A stretch of DNA of 64,000 nt from Auanema rhodensis. Taxonomy: Eukaryota > Animalia > Nematoda. The first letter of the stretch is position 1; every line of letters starts with the position of its first letter. Positions 28,348-42,449 of the stretch are shown in pieces. A program made the position numbers and the translations under genes. The notes beneath the pieces are model-generated. The model was not told the origin of the DNA, made no database searches, and saw nothing but the letters and a program-made list of their open reading frames with translations. Location: the NCBI GenBank assembly GCA_964057225.1, contig OZ059896.1, positions 17,422,001 through 17,486,000 of the forward strand, in the 5' to 3' direction.

Positions 28348-28814
28348 ATGCAATCACTTATTGTTTTATTCACTGTTTTGCATATTATAAATGGAAACAC
28401 AATCATAGCAGTGCCAGATCGTCCAAAATATATTTGTGGCACTGAGCCGTATTTATTTTATTCTGATATTGGTATCTCTACGATTTTGAATCGTTATCCG
28501 AATTTTCATTACAGAATGTTCAATGTATCCTGTATGTCCTAACGGCGGTATGAAACTTTTCCAAGGCTGCATAAATGATCAGCAGTGCCAAAACATTCGA
28601 AGCACATCTAAATGTATAGGTAAGTACCTACCATTTTCTTAAGCTATATTTGAGTGGCTCTGTTATTTTAGATAGCTGTTGTTGTACAATTCCTTCTTTC
28701 TTGGGTACAACAACACCTCTCAAATTACGAGACAAGAGCTGTAATATTCAGAGTTTTACCACAGTTTTATTTATTGTTCCATTTTTGTTATTAATACTAC
28801 TAAACTCTTTTTAG
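28348..28814 (+). CDS. Small Cys-rich (CC-domain-like) protein with signal peptide and hydrophobic C-terminus
   Basis: MQSLIVLFTVLHIING...CPNGG...GCINDQQC...KCIDSCCCT...LFIVPFLLLILLNSF; 2 introns. Confidence 0.75.
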
Positions 28815-28950
28815 TATATTTATACGTTACTTAAATGCAAAACTTTACAAACATGCAACGTTTATGAAACTTGAATAAAATCAATATAGTAAACTTTTAA
28901 ACACCGATGAATCAATAACAACTACGAAGCAAATGGGATAACATGGTTAT

Positions 28951-30717
<1,767 letters not shown>

Positions 30718-30849
30718 GTCTGACTCTGCAAAGAAAACTATACAAATCTCTCCTTTCAACTATTACAAGACAGGTATTACAAGAGAATAAACACTTTTAA
30801 TACTATAATGAAAATAGAAATATAAATGAATTTAATTCCAAATGAGCTA

Positions 30850-33800
30850 TTATGAGCATCTTGTTGATAAAAATATGTAAGAGCTCAAAATGTTTCCCAA
30901 TGTGGATTCATTATCAAGAACATCATCCGTTGACGAATATTGAGTAGCATTATCTTGCTCAATAATATTGTCCGAATAATCATTATTTATATCATTATTC
31001 TCCATTATTGAACAAGCAGATTTTTCCTCGTTATCATTATCATATTTAATATCATAGAAACTTTGCGATGACCTAAACAAAACATGGAAAATTAAACACA
31101 TATTTGATACCAATGAACCTATCATGATCATTCGAAAGACAATCTTTTTCATTAATTATAACCTCTACTTTTTCAGCTGTTTGTTCATTTTCTGGGCTCC
31201 TTGTTTGGGAATGAATCAATTCTCTTGTTTGTTGCGAACTACATAAACAACTTGAGTTACATTTCATCGAAAAAATCTACCTTTCGAGTTGTAACTTTCC
31301 TCCACAACTAGCTTCAGCAATAACACCACAAAGTTTTTCAACGTCGTAGTTAAACAATTTTCCAAAATTGTTAAGACGGACCGTCTCCATTTCGACTTTG
31401 TCTTTCCAATCCGAAGGCGAATCTCGTTTTGGAATCTGAAAACAATTTTTTTTGAAATGTATTCAATATTGTATTGAGCAAACCACAGGTCCAGGCAAGA
31501 TTGCATTTTCAGAGAATACTGAGAATGCATTACGCAAGTTTGTGAAGAAGTCATCGAAAGATGTTTCCGTTACCAAATTACGAGGAATACTTCTCGAACA
31601 AGCAATAGCCATATTAGATTCTTTGTTGACCTCCTTCAGCCTCTCAGAAACTATTTTTGCTCTTTCATTCTTTTCTTTATTTCGTATTCTACGAAGTTGT
31701 AGTTCGAATGGGCATCTCAAGTAGGGATCCAGTTGCCAAGGTTCTTCGGTAGTATCCCACTTACTTTTAACGTATGGAATCCAATCCTAAAAAAAAAGTA
31801 CATTAAAAAAAAAAGTATGAAATCCTTACTGATTTCGGTACTCTCATTTGAAGCGCTAGCATATCTTTCCGATTATACTTTAAAATCTTTTTGGCTGGTT
31901 CTGCTCGTTTTTTTTGGACTGGTTCTTTTCTTAAACAAAAGAGAAATAATAAATTGTAAGAAAATGTATTACTTCAAAGGAAGTTGTCTATTAGAATCCG
32001 GCACTTTAATATTTTTCACAACAGGTTGTTGCAAGAAAGGGTGTTCTGTCAAATCAAATCTGAAAAAAAAACTAAAATGTAATCTCGGAAAATGATTATA
32101 CTTGGTAAGAGCGTATTTGTGCCACATTTCGGGTGTGTGAGAATTGCGTATAGACAAAAGTTCTCCACGAAGATAAAACTTTTTTCTAGCATTTGATCGT
32201 ACTGGTACGAATCTAAGTGTTAATATATTCTTCATATTTAAAAAATATATATACGTACACATATTTCTTTTTGAGGGCAGGAGCCGAGGGTTCTAGTTCC
32301 GCTGTTTTCGAACTGATGGAACATTGACTTCCAAGACTCATAGCTAACTTCCTGATATCATCATCAAAATCAGAAAAAACACCACTTCCAATCTAGACCA
32401 AACAGTGGAAAGGGAAGAATATAAGAAAACTTGCTTTTGCGCCCACAATCTGATTGAGTACCTCATTATTTAATGGTATAGCTTTATTCCGTAATCGCAT
32501 TACTTCTGATCTCGTGTAACTAAAACAAACAAAGAACTCATACAACAAGTTCATAACGCATACCATCTTCCCTCTCTATTCTCGATGGATAGATCTGGAG
32601 CCCTATGCATAACAGCTACAGATTTTTGCTGCAAGTAGAAGTAAACAAATCAAGAAAATACTTTTTGAATGACATACCTTGAAAGGTCTACATGAATCAT
32701 GAAACGTAGAATGGGTTACAATATCCGAGGGAAATCCTTTTATCAAAATATTTACATTCAAATTCCCTTCTTTATGAAGATTATAGAAATGACTCCTGGC
32801 ATAATTATTTTTCAACAAAGTTATTGCCGCTCCAATACCACCTAAATCACAGATTCGTCCAAAATCAAAACAGAAGAAAATGATCTACAAACCAAATCTG
32901 GCTGCTCGACCTATTCTATGTAAGTAAGTTTCAACATTCAAAGCCGGTTCCATGTTGATCACTAAATTGACATTTTCTGCATCAACGCCACGAGCAGTCT
33001 TAAATGGAAGCATAAGACCAACATAGCACTATATTCATACTAGATCACTAGAAACCAAAATTTTGATTTTCCGATTTTTGAGATTTTGAATAGCAGAATC
33101 TCTTTCAGCTTGTGTCATTTGTGAAGAAATGCTCATACAATCAAATCCAGATTCGACAAGATGGTCAGAAACCTTTTGACAACTGCAAAAAAATCTGAAT
33201 TATCTTTTTTCAGCTGAAATAATCTCACTCAGCAATTTTATTACAGAATACGAGCATTTGATTGAATGAAATATTTCGACACAAATCAACCAACACATCA
33301 AGAGAATTTTCCTCGAAGTGATTAAACGCATATTGCTTAATTCCAACCAATTGAACATCATCTGAAATATTATCCAAACATGAAGCTGGATCCTTAATAA
33401 ATGTACCAGAATTAAGACGAACTAGAGTTACATCTTTCATAAATTTACAAAGCATTTGATCAAGGTTTCTAGGATAAGTAGCAGAAAAAACAGCTACTTG
33501 TCGATTTTCCGGAATACATGAGAAGAGATAACTAGAAATACTTCTGATTAAGAGGAATTTTCGGTAAACTCACTTGATATCCTTTTCAAAGCATCCTTCC
33601 ATTAATTTATCAGCTTCGTCCAGAACAAATAGATCAATACTATCTAGAGAGAGGTGGCCATCTTGAACCATGTGACAAATTCTTCCCGTTGTTCCAATAA
33701 TGATATGTGCTTTTCCTTTAAGTAGCTGTATATCATCAGCCATATTATTACCACCAACAAGTACACTAAAGGAAAATTTTGCTTACTGAATTTGATTGAG

Positions 33801-34213
33801 TAACTGACACTACTTTTGCGAATTTAGATGCAATTTTTAGAACTGTATCTCTAATTTGACAAGCAATTTCTCTAGTTGGAGCAACTATTAGTCGTTGAGG
33901 TTTACTCGATTGTAAGTTCAGGTTTTCCACGGACATCACTGAAAACACCAGAGTTTTTCCGGTGCCAGATTTAGCTTGTACAAGTACATCTGAAATATAT
34001 TTTTTAAATATTTAAGCATAACAAAAACAAACCTAAACCAGACAATCCGGCTGGTATAGCTTTTTCTTGTATAGGGGACGGTTTTCGAAAACCATTTTTC
34101 ATCATGCTTGAAATAGTTGAAGCTGATATCATCAGGGTTTCGAAAGAGCATGTCGTTAGGACATCAGCGGTTCTCGCCTTCTCCTCAACCGTTATTATTT
34201 CATTGAATTCCAT
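30850..34213 (-). CDS. mel-46: DEAD-box helicase DDX20/Gemin3
   Basis: RTADV N-terminus, [46 protein letters not shown]; long low-complexity C-terminus. Confidence 0.88.
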
Positions 34214-34777
34214 TTTAGCCTATTCTAAATGTAATCAAACTTTCATATTGAAAAAAACTATTTCGCGTACCAGGAATTACTGTTTAAAAACACAGAATTT
34301 ACCATAAAAACATTATTTGATCTATAATTTAAAATATATATATATACATACGATTGATTTCTATAAACAATTATGAAGACTAGACTGAACTTGATGATAT
34401 AATATACTTTACCATCCTGATATAAATTAACCAAATGATAGAAAAACATTATTTCTAAAATCCCTCTAATCAATTTCTACTACTCTGAATTATTTAATAA
34501 AATAATAAAGCTTTGCAATATCTTAATTTCAGTATTCCTATATTTACAAAATTTTGATCACATTTTTAAATGATATATATTTTTTAAAGGTCTGTCTATT
34601 TTTTATTTTAAAGGATTGGTTGTACGGTGGTTTTTGAATTATTATTATTCCCGCGGGCAGAAGCTTTAAATTAACTAGTCAATTACATGGGCGAAAAACT
34701 TGGTACTTTGCTCTTTTTTAATCAAAATTAGAACAATGAACGTAAAAATAAATTTTTTATCTTTTTTTTTTAAGCGA

Positions 34778-36270
34778 ATGGAAAAGTCTTACAATGCCAC
34801 TAGTTTTGATGAACAAGACGTGCTGAAGAGCAAGCAGAATAGTATCATCCTTGAAGATTCAACATGTGGCAATAGTCGGAATCCAAGAAAAGGTTGAACA
34901 GTGTATAGTATGTATATATCCATATGAATTTTTGTTCTAGATTTGAAATTTTCTCCAATAATCAGATTGGATGAAGAAAGCAAGAAAAGTGTTTTCGGTA
35001 GACGTATGGCTATGTGTAAAATGAGAGGAGAAAGTCCTCTAGCTAAGCCTACAGCTACTGTAGTAGAGTGTTCTGAAACCACAGTTTTTACTGTTTCAAA
35101 GGTTCGATTAATTATAAGATGTTAATACTGTTCTTTTTCAGAACGACGAATTTGAATCTTGTTATTCATCTCATGAATTTACTAGTTCAACTATTGATTG
35201 TGAATCTTCAAAATATCATTTCACCCCAAAGTGCTGAACACTTCTTAATAAAATTTTAATCTAAAAAATTATAGACAAAAGCAGGTTAGAAAAGCTGTGA
35301 ATCCTTTCCATACCCAATTGCTTGACAGTATTCATCTTAATACATTGAGCCCCAGTCTCTTTGAGCCTATGCCTAGTCCCAAGGTAACAAGAAATCTACT
35401 TTTGAACTTTTAATTTGATTTTCTAAGGACAAGGAAAATATATGGAGCATTGACGAACGGGCCATACTTCTACCAGCTGATATAACTGATGAAGATATTA
35501 AGATGACTACTTATTCCCCGTAAGCAAGTCTTGCCGTTTTGAATATTTGTAATTTCCCTTTTAGTGATCCTGTTTTTGAAGCTAAAGTGCACGCTGGTTT
35601 GGAGCTTTATTGGAAAAGTAACGCTGGTTATGTACCATCTCCTGAGGGTCCTAGACCTGTACGTTTTTTATTTTTATCGTTTTAGTTATACAAACAAATT
35701 TGTTATTTAGATTCCTGTAGATAGTCCTGCAGATTCTTTCAGTGATAATCCCCATCACTCTTCTCCAAATGGGCGACCACCGGTTGCTCGAATGAAAACT
35801 ATAATCAAAAGAAACGTGAATTCCCAAACTGATTTTACGATTCCTCCTTCTTTCTCATTTGACTTTCAAAAGATATTAGGTTTTTCTATAGTTATTTTAC
35901 CTTCTAACTTTAAGGGTTATCAAATTTCAGGTGACCAATATAAATACACTGGCGGGGATGAAACTTTGGAAGAAGAGTTCAATGTTTCAACGATGAATAC
36001 TTCACTTCCACGGAAATTGTTTTCCGAAGATGAATCGTTCACGTCTCAAAACGACAATTCAAACGATATGATCGTATGAAAAAAATGTGCTTTTTTTCTT
36101 TTTACATCATCTAATTTAAGGATGAAAATGAATTCGATTACCATCAAGAAGGCGATTTTTGTGATTTAGACGACGATGAAGTGCCAAGTATGAGAACAGC
36201 ATTTAGTCTAGACCTGTCTCCTATAAAGAAAGAAGCAGAAGAAGAAGAAGAAGAAGAAGAAGACGAATGA
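34778..36270 (+). CDS. spat-1: Bora (Aurora A/PLK-1 activator)
   Basis: VNPFH...LSPSLF, WSIDERAILLPADI, VPSP, SQTDFTIPP, numerous SP/TP sites. Confidence 0.85.
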
Positions 36271-36765
36271 AACGCGCTCCATTGCGAAGGTATTTGGAAT
36301 GAAACTCGCTCCAATATTAAATCCTTCATATTTATATGAGAGATTATTTAATAATCTAATTACTTATTTTTTCTGTGATTTTTCTAGTTCTTTGTCCCAT
36401 ATATCAATTTATTGTGCTCAGATTTTTTAGAAGCACACCTGTGAATGACCATTCTCTCAAAGTTTATGAAATATCTGTGAATTTTAAGCTTAAGCATATT
36501 TCTGAATATGGTTATATATAATAACCTAAAACTATTATATTAGTCCTTTTTAAGAGGGTTACGGGTTTTTGCAAAGCACGGGTAATACAAATATAAAAAA
36601 CCTTATTGCCTTCCTATTTCTGTTGTTACTGATCATAGATTAACATCGTCATTTTTGTATGATGAATATTTCGTGTCGATCTTATAAACACTTAAACATG
36701 TCCTATTTCTTTTTTTGTATAGAATATACTCAAATTTATATAGTTCAGATCAATCAGCGCTTAAT

Positions 36766-37330
36766 ATGAAATTGTTAACGCACAATTTTCTCTCCTCTCG
36801 TTTCCTCAAGGTATGAATTGATCATTGAGTTACCGGAAGGTGTTTTACATATTTCAAAAAAATGTTTAAAGGATGCCAAGCAAGGATATCCTTTAATATT
36901 GAATGTGAATGAGAAGAAACAAGTAGAGAGCGAGTTCGATGCAGAACTTATCACTTCTTTACTGGGCAGAGTTAGTGATTCCATGTTATTATATTTAATG
37001 TTTCCTCTAAAGATTGACTACTCAGCCTTAAAAATAGGTGCCCAAGCCATTGAGGAAGCTAGCCAACTTCCCGACAGTTTACCGGAAAAAATGAGTGAAG
37101 AATTATTACGCGAAGTAAATTTTTTTCATTTGAACTGAACAGTTCTCTTAATTCTTTTAAGCTTCATCGGCTTTTATATTGCGTTGATGTTGTTGACGGC
37201 TCTCTTACATGCCCCGATACTGGGCGAGTGTTTCCGATTAAGGTAAGCTTGTAATTTATTATTTTATTTTAAATACAATGCTCAGGATGGAATTCCAAAT
37301 ATGTTGTGCAAAGAAGACGAAGCAATATAA
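36766..37330 (+). CDS. Trm112/TRMT112 methyltransferase activator
   Basis: [11 protein letters not shown]...GYPL...[26 protein letters not shown]. Confidence 0.95.
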
Positions 37331-37911
37331 ATTCAAATATTTTTTGGTGATATTGATAATTGTTATGTTGTTATACATTCAATTGAACTAATAAATATTG
37401 GAATTATTCTGATACTTTCTATATTATCAATGTAAAGAACATGGAATCATTATTTTAAGTATAGGACATACCGCTTCGGTGTCAATTACGAGTAATTGTA
37501 TCATTGAAACTCGTAGCTATGGAAAAGATTTAATGTATGATCTTTGCTATGATAGTGCATCATTGAATCATATTGCCATAATTAGTTTTTTTCATAATTT
37601 CAAACCAAAATTGTATTGTTTTAACAGGATACATAATGAGCATTCGTGTCTTGTGTAATACTTTGTATGCTCCAGACGGCTCAAGAGATGAACTTAAAAG
37701 GTTCATGTTGGACAAGAACATTGAATTTTCTTTTATCCACCGTGAATGAACTAGAAACTTGTCAATACAATGTTTGTTCCGAAACACGAACACGAAGTTA
37801 TTCTTTAAATAAATACATTAGTTGCCGTATGAGTAAGCGAATTGAACAACTTCTGTTTGTTTATAATTTTTTTATTATTAAAGATCGTTTTAATTGAATA
37901 TTATTCCCGTT

Positions 37912-38992
37912 TTAGTTAGTTTTAGTCTTGCTGGCTGGTTTCTTAGCGATGTAAGCTTTGTAGAAGAATTGAGCAAAGAGGTAGAGATAACTGAGATACA
38001 TGAGAGCACCAATAAGTAATACGTTCCAGCTAAAATTAAAATAATGACAAGGTGAAATTGCAATTGGAATGCAATAAGTTTACCTGACAGCGCAAGTTGG
38101 GATAATATCGAAAGACTTGATGTATACCAAGTGACCGAAGATGTAGCAACTGATAACAAATTGAATGATTTGAATACTGGTAATGAACTTGGCAACAGGC
38201 TTTGGTGGTCTGATCTTCAAAGCGCTGATTCCGAAGTAGCTGAAATACACGAATTATGTTCTAACAGATGTTCATAATTGAAAACTCACAAATACATGAT
38301 GGTATGTACGGTAAGATTCAAAGCAAGAGACCATCTAGCCCAGGCTTGGTGCTCAGCATAAGTCATCTCGGCATAAACAAAGGTAAGAGCATGGTGATAC
38401 CAGTGCATGAAAATAACTGGCCTCTTTCTATAATAAATTATATATTATAATTAAAAGTAATGAGATTGTATACCTCAAAACAAGGAAAGCAGTATCTCCA
38501 AGTTCTGGAAGCTTAGACATGACGAACATCCATCCCCAGAAACCGGTGGATGGATCAGTGTAATAAGTATGGTTATTACAGTAGGAACCTGTAACAAAAG
38601 CATGGGCATGGTATAATAATGTTGATTGATCAACAAAATAGAAAGAAAACTGACCTACAAACCCGTCTTTCCTGAAGACAGAGATAAGCTCAGGAATAAG
38701 TTTATAAGCGGCTATACCAGAGAAAATAGAGAACATAAAGTTCCAAATAGCCAAAACATTATCAAGAGCATATTCTTTTCTGTTCTTCATTATTTTTTGT
38801 CCTATGAAGACACTGATGATATAGAATATAGCTAACTAAAAAGATTAAATTATCAAGATATCCTCGAATTTCAACTATTAGGCTTACTTTGTAAGATAAT
38901 GGCACAAATTCAGACATGAATGAATCTGTCTTTGGCAATGACCATTCTCCGAAAAACACATCGTTGAATGAAGCTACTTTGGTTTCAGCCAT
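37912..38992 (-). CDS. elo-2: Fatty acid elongase
   Basis: FSGIAAYKLIPEL, STGFWGWMFVMSKLPELGDT, HWYHH box, EHQAWARWSLALNL; closely resembles ELO-2 as I recall it. Confidence 0.9.
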
Positions 38993-39162
38993 AGTTGTTA
39001 CCTAAAAAATTCTTATAAGACTTTGTTATTTTAGAGCAGAAAATAAGTGAAAATGAAAGAAAGTACATAATAAGAGAGAATAGGTGGTCGCAGATGCCTT
39101 CGGATGACTTCTGACTGAACGTTCAAAAGAAGGCGTGCTTATCTCAACAGAAATTAAACAAT

Positions 39163-39186
39163 GTGGGGCGATGCACATCACGCCAC
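39163..39186. promoter_or_regulatory. Inverted pair of SRE-like (SREBP/SBP-1) sites
   Basis: GTGGGGCGAT-gcac-ATCACGCCAC; each half differs by one base from SRE-1 ATCACCCCAC. Confidence 0.5.
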
Positions 39187-40678
39187 AAACTTACATGCAA
39201 GCGTTAAATGATAAGAAAATTAAACTTTTATTCAAATTGTGAATTTAACTTAAATAAACTTAGCAAACCCTACTTGTGGCTATTCTAAGAACAAGAATAA
39301 AGAATGGTTCTATTCAGTAGTTAACCTAGCGTATACAAGTTGACGTTAGACAGAGAAGAAGAGAATAACGAGATACACAGACATATACACAAATACAGAA
39401 ACAGAGAAAGGTATAGAAGAATGGTATGAACGATTAGGCTAACAGAAAATGTAGATGAACATGATTGAATGTAAAAAAAATTACCATAGATAGAATCGGA
39501 AAGTTGCATAGGTATGAAAAAGTGTTAGAAAAACGAAAGGCAACGTAATTTGAGGGGGATCACGTAGGATTTTCTAAAAATACGAAAATATATTTGGAGA
39601 ACATGAACAGGGTCCTTTATCAGTTTCAGGTTGGTGCATTAAGTAGAACTTTTATCGGAATATGTTATCAGTTGATAAGAGGTAACTGGAATAATGCCTT
39701 TGTACGAGCTGTCTATTATATAAAGTTTTAAATATAATAAATAAGATAGATAAAGAAGATGAGAAGTTATAGTACGTGCAAAGACTTACTGAAACATTTT
39801 CATGCAGGGAGAAAAGGTAGAATATACGTAGGCAACGATAATATTATACAATCGGTAGAACGTAATGCATGGCGTGACAAGAAGAGATAAATGAAAAAAA
39901 TGAAGGAGTCAGAAGAAATTTCCGATATGTTTGCTTAATAGAATGGAAAGGGGTGGAAAGGCAAATGTTCTTTCAACCTCAACAAAATGGAGAGAATGTC
40001 TTTTACGGAAGCTAGTCGGTTACGAATAAGTGATCACGTTGAAGATTTGAAATATTTTCTTTTTGAATGCGACAATCAGTCTAATAAAATGTTTTTTTTT
40101 TTTGCGAAATGTGTTGTTAGAGTCTAAAGGTCAATAGGGGCAAAGGTGAAGTTGAACCAGATCGCTTGGCCATCACAGTTCCGAAAGAGAGCAAGTAAGA
40201 TTTCCCATTGACCTCTACAATCAATAAGAAGCAAATAGAAGTTTGTTTAGTTTGGTGTTTAACGAGTCGATCTAGTAAAATTGACTTAGCATTTTAATTA
40301 CAATTGAGTTTTTCATTATTGAGGATAGTTAAAGTAAAATTAGGTGAGTTTATAGAGAAGGAAATGAAATAAATCATTAAGAAAACAAATTTAAGGTATT
40401 TACAGACACTACATTATTACCATATATAGATGTTCGAATTTGGTGTACGAAATAAACAGCAATTGAATTCAGAATATGTAACTAAGTGGCAGCCATCTAT
40501 TTGATATCTTTTATAGCAGAAAGAAGGCTTTGCAGATATAGTTCTCAGAAATACTCTCGATATGGTCACAGACCTAGCCATTCTCTAGCTTCTCGTAATT
40601 TTTCTTACTCTCTTCATATGTCTTGTGCTTCTTTCTGATTCAGGTTTCACTGAGGAGTGGCATGATTTTTCATCTGTC

Positions 40679-41078
40679 CACTTTACTCACATAAATGGCG
40701 CGACAATCAGCAGACGAGGGGCGAAGGTCGTAGTTGATATGAAATGATAATTATGTGAGAAGAGTGACTGAAGGAAGGAATATAGACCTTTCAATTTGGA
40801 ATCAAAAGTGGATTATCTTATCTAAAAAAGGTTCAGCTCGTGTGAGCCATCAATTCGATTAGGTTGTAAGATCGGCTGATCTGTAGTGGGACTTCGAATG
40901 GAAATTCGAGGTCCTATGCCTGCCTGTCCTCATTCATTCATGAGACAGATGGCATAGGAAGAAACTGTCGCGTTGGTGGCATTGATGGGACGAGGGAACA
41001 TTCCATATGGCAGACATTCAACGCTCTATAAGACATCTGCAGGAGGTGGTGTTTGGTTCGGAAATTTCACAAAATTTT
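40679..41078 (+). ncRNA. Candidate structured non-coding RNA, class unknown
   Basis: Five stem-loops, including a 14-bp stem with GGAA tetraloop; G-U pairs favour + strand; GC-richer than flanks; no ORF >=60 aa. Confidence 0.4.
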
Positions 41079-41447
41079 AGATTGCTCATTCATGTTTACA
41101 CAGAATTCTCAGTTTTGCATTACTTTCTCATGTTGTTGATATTTTAAAACAAAGAAAACTTCATCAACTGGATAATAGAAACATGTGTTTTCTTGAACGG
41201 CATCATGTACTTTTCACGTGAAAAGGTTAAGAATAAGCAAATAGTTGCTTCGTATCGAAGTGTTTCAATGATATCACACTTAAAAAACTAACGTTAGAAC
41301 TGAACTGATAAAATTACAAAGAAAAATTATGAAATTTCCAGTTTAGAAATATTTATATATTTATTGTACATTATACTATATAACATATAGTTAAATAAAT
41401 TAGTTATTAATAACAAGTTTTGATTTTTCATTGTAACATCTAATATT

Positions 41448-42003
41448 TTATCCCCGACCACAATCTCCAAAAGAACAAATTGTACCGAATCTTTCAGTAA
41501 TAGATGGCTTCTCATCAGCAAAGATCTGCAGAAATTATCAATATTGTTGCAGAATATTTTTTCAAATAATATGCTATACCATATAAGTTATATTTCCCAT
41601 TCCTTCTAAAAAGGCCTGAGTTTGACCGAAAGGTTTAACCTCATCATTTTCCGGTTTCTCATCTCTCCAGACCTCAAAGTTGTTGATTGTATGGGTTCAA
41701 TAAACTACTTCTTCTTTTAAACAATACCTTCATAACAGTTGGCTTTAAAGCACAGAATTTATCCTGAATCTTCAAAAACTTCATCTTGTGCTCAAAATCA
41801 AGTTTATACCTGAACAAGATTATGTTTCATAAGCTATAAATTAACAATAAAACATACATACGACTTTTTGTGGCATTGTGGAAGGTAAATTGAGCATAAA
41901 ATGTTCTTACACTATCAAGCTTGATTTTGACGTTGATATCACAGCATTTGACGACAGCTATGAAAATAAGGAGTCCAAGCGCAACTTTGGAACTGTTGAT
42001 CAT
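41448..42003 (-). CDS. Small secreted protein of unknown function (4 exons)
   Basis: MINSSKVALGLLIFIAVVKCCDINVKI...QAFLEGMGNITYM|IFADEKPSITERFGTICSFGDCGRG*; signal peptide; missed by the ORF track. Confidence 0.75.
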
Positions 42004-42449
42004 AATGTAGTAGGAATACGACGCAAAAGAAGGAACGTTTGTTAATAAAAGGAAGAGACAATATAATGTATATCATGTTAAGGCGTGTAACATCATTGAG
42101 GTCAAGGCGACAACTATCAGAAACCAAAAGATAGTTAAAAAGCGTGCCGGATTAAGAACCGAGAACCAAAATTTTGATTTATCAGTTTTTGATCAATCCG
42201 GCTAGATTTCAGTCTTGGCAAAAACATATAAAAATGAAAAACAGGTCATATAATAAAAATTTATCTTAATTATACAATATCTCTACAAGTTATCACAGAT
42301 AGATACATAAGACATGCAATTCATTACCCAAACCCAAATATTTTTTAGTTTTCTCTTGTTATATAAGATATATTAAAAGAGATCCTCGTATATAAATGTA
42401 TATATTATATAAAACTAATGGCAATAAGTTAGTTATCTTTTCATTCCCG

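Noticed and set aside
40650-40690. CTGAGGA plus stem resembling a hammerhead ribozyme core
   Set aside because: The required GAAA after stem II is absent
40855-40915. RNase P CR-I-like GGAAATTCGAGG and a telomerase-template-like TTAGGT
   Set aside because: No downstream P4 partner (it pairs locally); no extended template complementary to TTAGGC
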